From assembly GCF_006345805.1 (NCBI RefSeq), contig NW_021827698.1:1-10020 (forward strand): a stretch of DNA of 10,020 nt, in the 5' to 3' direction. Position 1 is the first letter of the stretch; each line of letters opens with the position of its first letter. Origin of the DNA: Octopus sinensis. Its lineage: Eukaryota. The position numbers and the translations under genes are program-made. Positions 8,119 to 10,020 of this stretch are shown here, one piece after another. The notes beneath the pieces are model-generated. The model was not told the origin of the DNA. It ran no database searches and saw nothing but the letters and a program-made list of their open reading frames with translations.

Positions 8119-8275
8119 GTGTATATGTGTGTGTATGTGTGTGTGAAATTGTGTATAACGTGTGCGAGTGAAGTGCTAATATCATGACACTACGTCCAAC
8201 TGTTTTAATTTGCCTAGCTATACATACATACACACACACGCACACGCGCGCGCGCACGCAGGCACGCACAAACAT
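7966..8275. repeat. Interspersed (TG)n, GA-rich and (CA)n microsatellites
   Basis: Tracts at about 7968-8005, 8081-8145 and 8220-8270. Confidence 0.85.
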
Positions 8276-8351
8276 TCACGTGACAACACTCGATATAATA
8301 CATAAACATCAAACCAAAAATCGGCGGGAAATGATATCCATGCGATACCCT

Positions 8352-8390
8352 AACTTGAGAATAAGTCAAAGCCATTCGAAACGTCAGTTT
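8352..8390 (+). other. Second degenerate minimal hammerhead relic
   Basis: AACT-TGA-GAAT(11 nt)ATTC-GAAACGTC-AGTT. Stem I (AACT/AGTT), stem II (GAAT/ATTC) and GAAACGUC are present, and the core lacks 4 nt of CUGAUGA. Confidence 0.35.
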
Positions 8391-8397
8391 AAAAAAC

Positions 8398-8458
8398 CTT
8401 ACACTTGGTGGGATAACTTACACTTGGTGGGATAACTTACACTTGGTGGGATAACTTA
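8398..8458. repeat. Perfect 19-bp tandem repeat, 3.2 copies (CTTACACTTGGTGGGATAA)
   Basis: Units start at 8398, 8417 and 8436, followed by a partial CTTA. There are no spacers. Confidence 0.97.
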
Positions 8459-8549
8459 TCCTTGGCGTTCAAACCGGTGGAGGGGTCCTGGCTCGACTCC
8501 AGAACAGATCCCTTTGTATCAAGAGGACTGTATCATCGACTTCACTTCT

Positions 8550-8713
8550 CTTATCTTTTACTGGTTTTGGTCATTAGACTGCGGCCTGGCTGGAGTACCG
8601 CCTTGAGAAATTTTTAACCTCAGTACTTTTTTCTTTATTAAACCTGTTACTTATTGTATCGGCGTCTTTTACCAGAGTGCTAGGTTCCGTGGACGTAAAC
8701 ACACCAACACCGG
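8550..8713 (-). mobile_element. 3' part of a family A SINE
   Basis: TCTTTTACTGGTTTTGGTCATTAGACTGCGGCC...GGACGTAAACACACCAACACCGG is the reverse complement of about 140-310. Confidence 0.8.
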
Positions 8714-8788
8714 GTCGATGTAATCGATTTATCCCCTCCCCTCAAAATTATTGGCCTCGTGCCAAAATTAGAAGGAATTATTATTATT
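8712..8788 (+). mobile_element. 3' tail of a family-D-related SINE ending in (ATT)n
   Basis: GGGTCGATGTAATCGATTTA matches GGTTGATGTAATCGACTTAA (2341-2360). It is followed by a different tail, CCCCTCCCCTCAAAATT...AGAAGGA(ATT)4. Confidence 0.65.
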
Positions 8789-9331
8789 GAGTGAGAGAGC
8801 AGTGCATGCCATCAAAGTGACACTGGGGTAAAATATATCAAGCCCAATATACCCATCATGACTACCCGTTTGATAAGGGTATACCACGCACATGCATCAC
8901 AACCATGTGCGCGAAATGGTGATCTCATATCAAGATAAAGAGCGCATGACCTTGCAGGTGGGGCCCAGTTAGGATTTTCTTCAGTTTGAGTAACCCATCA
9001 CGCTCAAAAGGTCCCTGAATAAGGGTTTTTTGGAGATGTTGAACGAAACACCCATGTTTCCAGAGGTGAATTATTCAAACCCCAAAGAATCCCTCTCAAC
9101 ACATGGCTATGATGGTCCCCCTCTACTTCTGCTCGTGATCAGAGATGCACATATCGTCAGCCACTAAGGGACATGCTCAACTGGTTAAGGTCAAACAACT
9201 GAGAGGCAAATCTGTGGTATTGAGCAGAATATTTGCTGTAGCCCATCTTTTATACCAAGACAAAACAATGTACATGATAACACTTCCAATCAGTTACGAT
9301 CAGAAGCCATGAGAGCCACTGCATAGTATTG

Positions 9332-9332
<1 letters not shown>
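8789..9332. mobile_element. About 540-bp non-coding interspersed repeat bounded by (ATT)n on both sides
   Basis: A complex sequence without a long ORF, sharply bounded by (ATT)4 at 8777-8788 and the (ATT)n tract at 9333-9395. I recall it as a high-copy octopus repeat; this is unverified. Confidence 0.55.
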
Positions 9333-9377
<45 letters not shown>

Positions 9378-9395
9378 TATTATTATTACTATTAC
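9333..9395. repeat. (ATT)n/(TAA)n microsatellite
   Basis: Read directly from the sequence. Confidence 0.97.
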
Positions 9396-9870
9396 TACAA
9401 CTACCAAACTCAGCTTGATGCTGGAGGCCGCGTTACCAGCTGTTTACTTCCCGTGAACTAGAGCAGAAGTTTCTTTTCAAGTTACCAGAACATTACGGAG
9501 ACTGTTAACACAGCCTAGAAACGCTGTTTTCTGGACGTACTCTAACTTCATTTTGATGCCAATCTTTTCCAACCAATCTTTCAATTTCTTTGCTCACTGT
9601 AACCTGGGGCAACACACAATTATTGGCACAATACACGCCTTTTGCCATCATCCATAACTGTTTGATTTCTCTCTTCGGAGCATCAAATCTCGTCAGATTT
9701 TCTCCTTCTTTTTCCAACGACTCCGCTGCCTCCAGGGCAAACGACGTCTAAAGTCAAGCATGGTTTTTTCTCCCTTGTCAACCAGTATAACATCGGACTT
9801 CCGACGTTCGATTCTCTGATCAGATTGGATCGTGAAGTCCCAAAGAGTCTGTCATTTTCTATCACACATT
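9396..9870 (-). mobile_element. 5'-truncated R4/Dong-clade non-LTR retrotransposon (RLE domain, 3' UTR, ends at (TAA)n)
   Basis: The minus strand across frameshifts reads TLWDFTIQSDQRIERRKSDVILVDKGEKT / CLTLDVVCPGGSGV / EGENLTRFDAPKREIKQLWMM / VPIIV / TVSK / LKDWLEKIGIKMKLEYVQKTAFLGCVNSLRNVL. This matches the R4/Dong RLE pattern LWDF.IQTD..I...RPDI..VDK....C.IIDV..P.D......EK...Y..L..EI..LW....VPI.IGALG...QK..LLG...ILR.VL. Confidence 0.88.
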
Positions 9871-10020
9871 TTACTTGGGGTACCACCTTGGAGAACCTTT
9901 AGCCGAACTAACGGACCTCAGTATTTTTTTTTTTATTAAACCTGTTACTTATTGTTACGTATCGGCGTCTTTTACCAAAGCGCTACGTTCTGGGGACGTA
10001 AACACACCAACACCGGTTGT
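9866..10020 (-). mobile_element. Family A SINE 3' part, runs off the window edge
   Basis: GTACCACCTTGGAGAACC...GGGGACGTAAACACACCAACACCGGTTGT is nearly collinear with 8595-8713. Confidence 0.8.

Noticed and set aside
8398-8458. CRISPR-like repeat
   Set aside because: The repeats are contiguous with no spacers, there are no cas genes, and the context is eukaryotic.

Overview
AT-rich, repeat-saturated eukaryotic DNA with no supportable host exon. The SINE families and long (CATA)n, (CA)n and (GAT)n tracts resemble, from recall and not a search, an octopus (coleoid cephalopod) genome. The window holds many tRNA-derived SINEs, two with clean target-site duplications (TSDs). It also holds decayed 3' ends of four non-LTR retrotransposons: RTE (1.5 kb), CR1/L2 (1.8-2.2 kb) and two restriction-like-endonuclease (RLE, R4/Dong-like) elements (6.2-6.6 kb and 9.4-9.9 kb). 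Other features are a MITE-like inverted repeat, a near-perfect 109/108-bp fold-back and two degenerate Penelope-type minimal hammerhead relics. The main observation is an architecture seen twice: RLE element 3' end, then a microsatellite, then a non-coding module, then the microsatellite again. One instance uses (TAA)n, the known Dong target. The other uses (CATA)n, which may be a different target specificity. None of the supplied ORFs looks like a host gene: most are microsatellite or SINE read-throughs, and a few overlap the retroelement relics.
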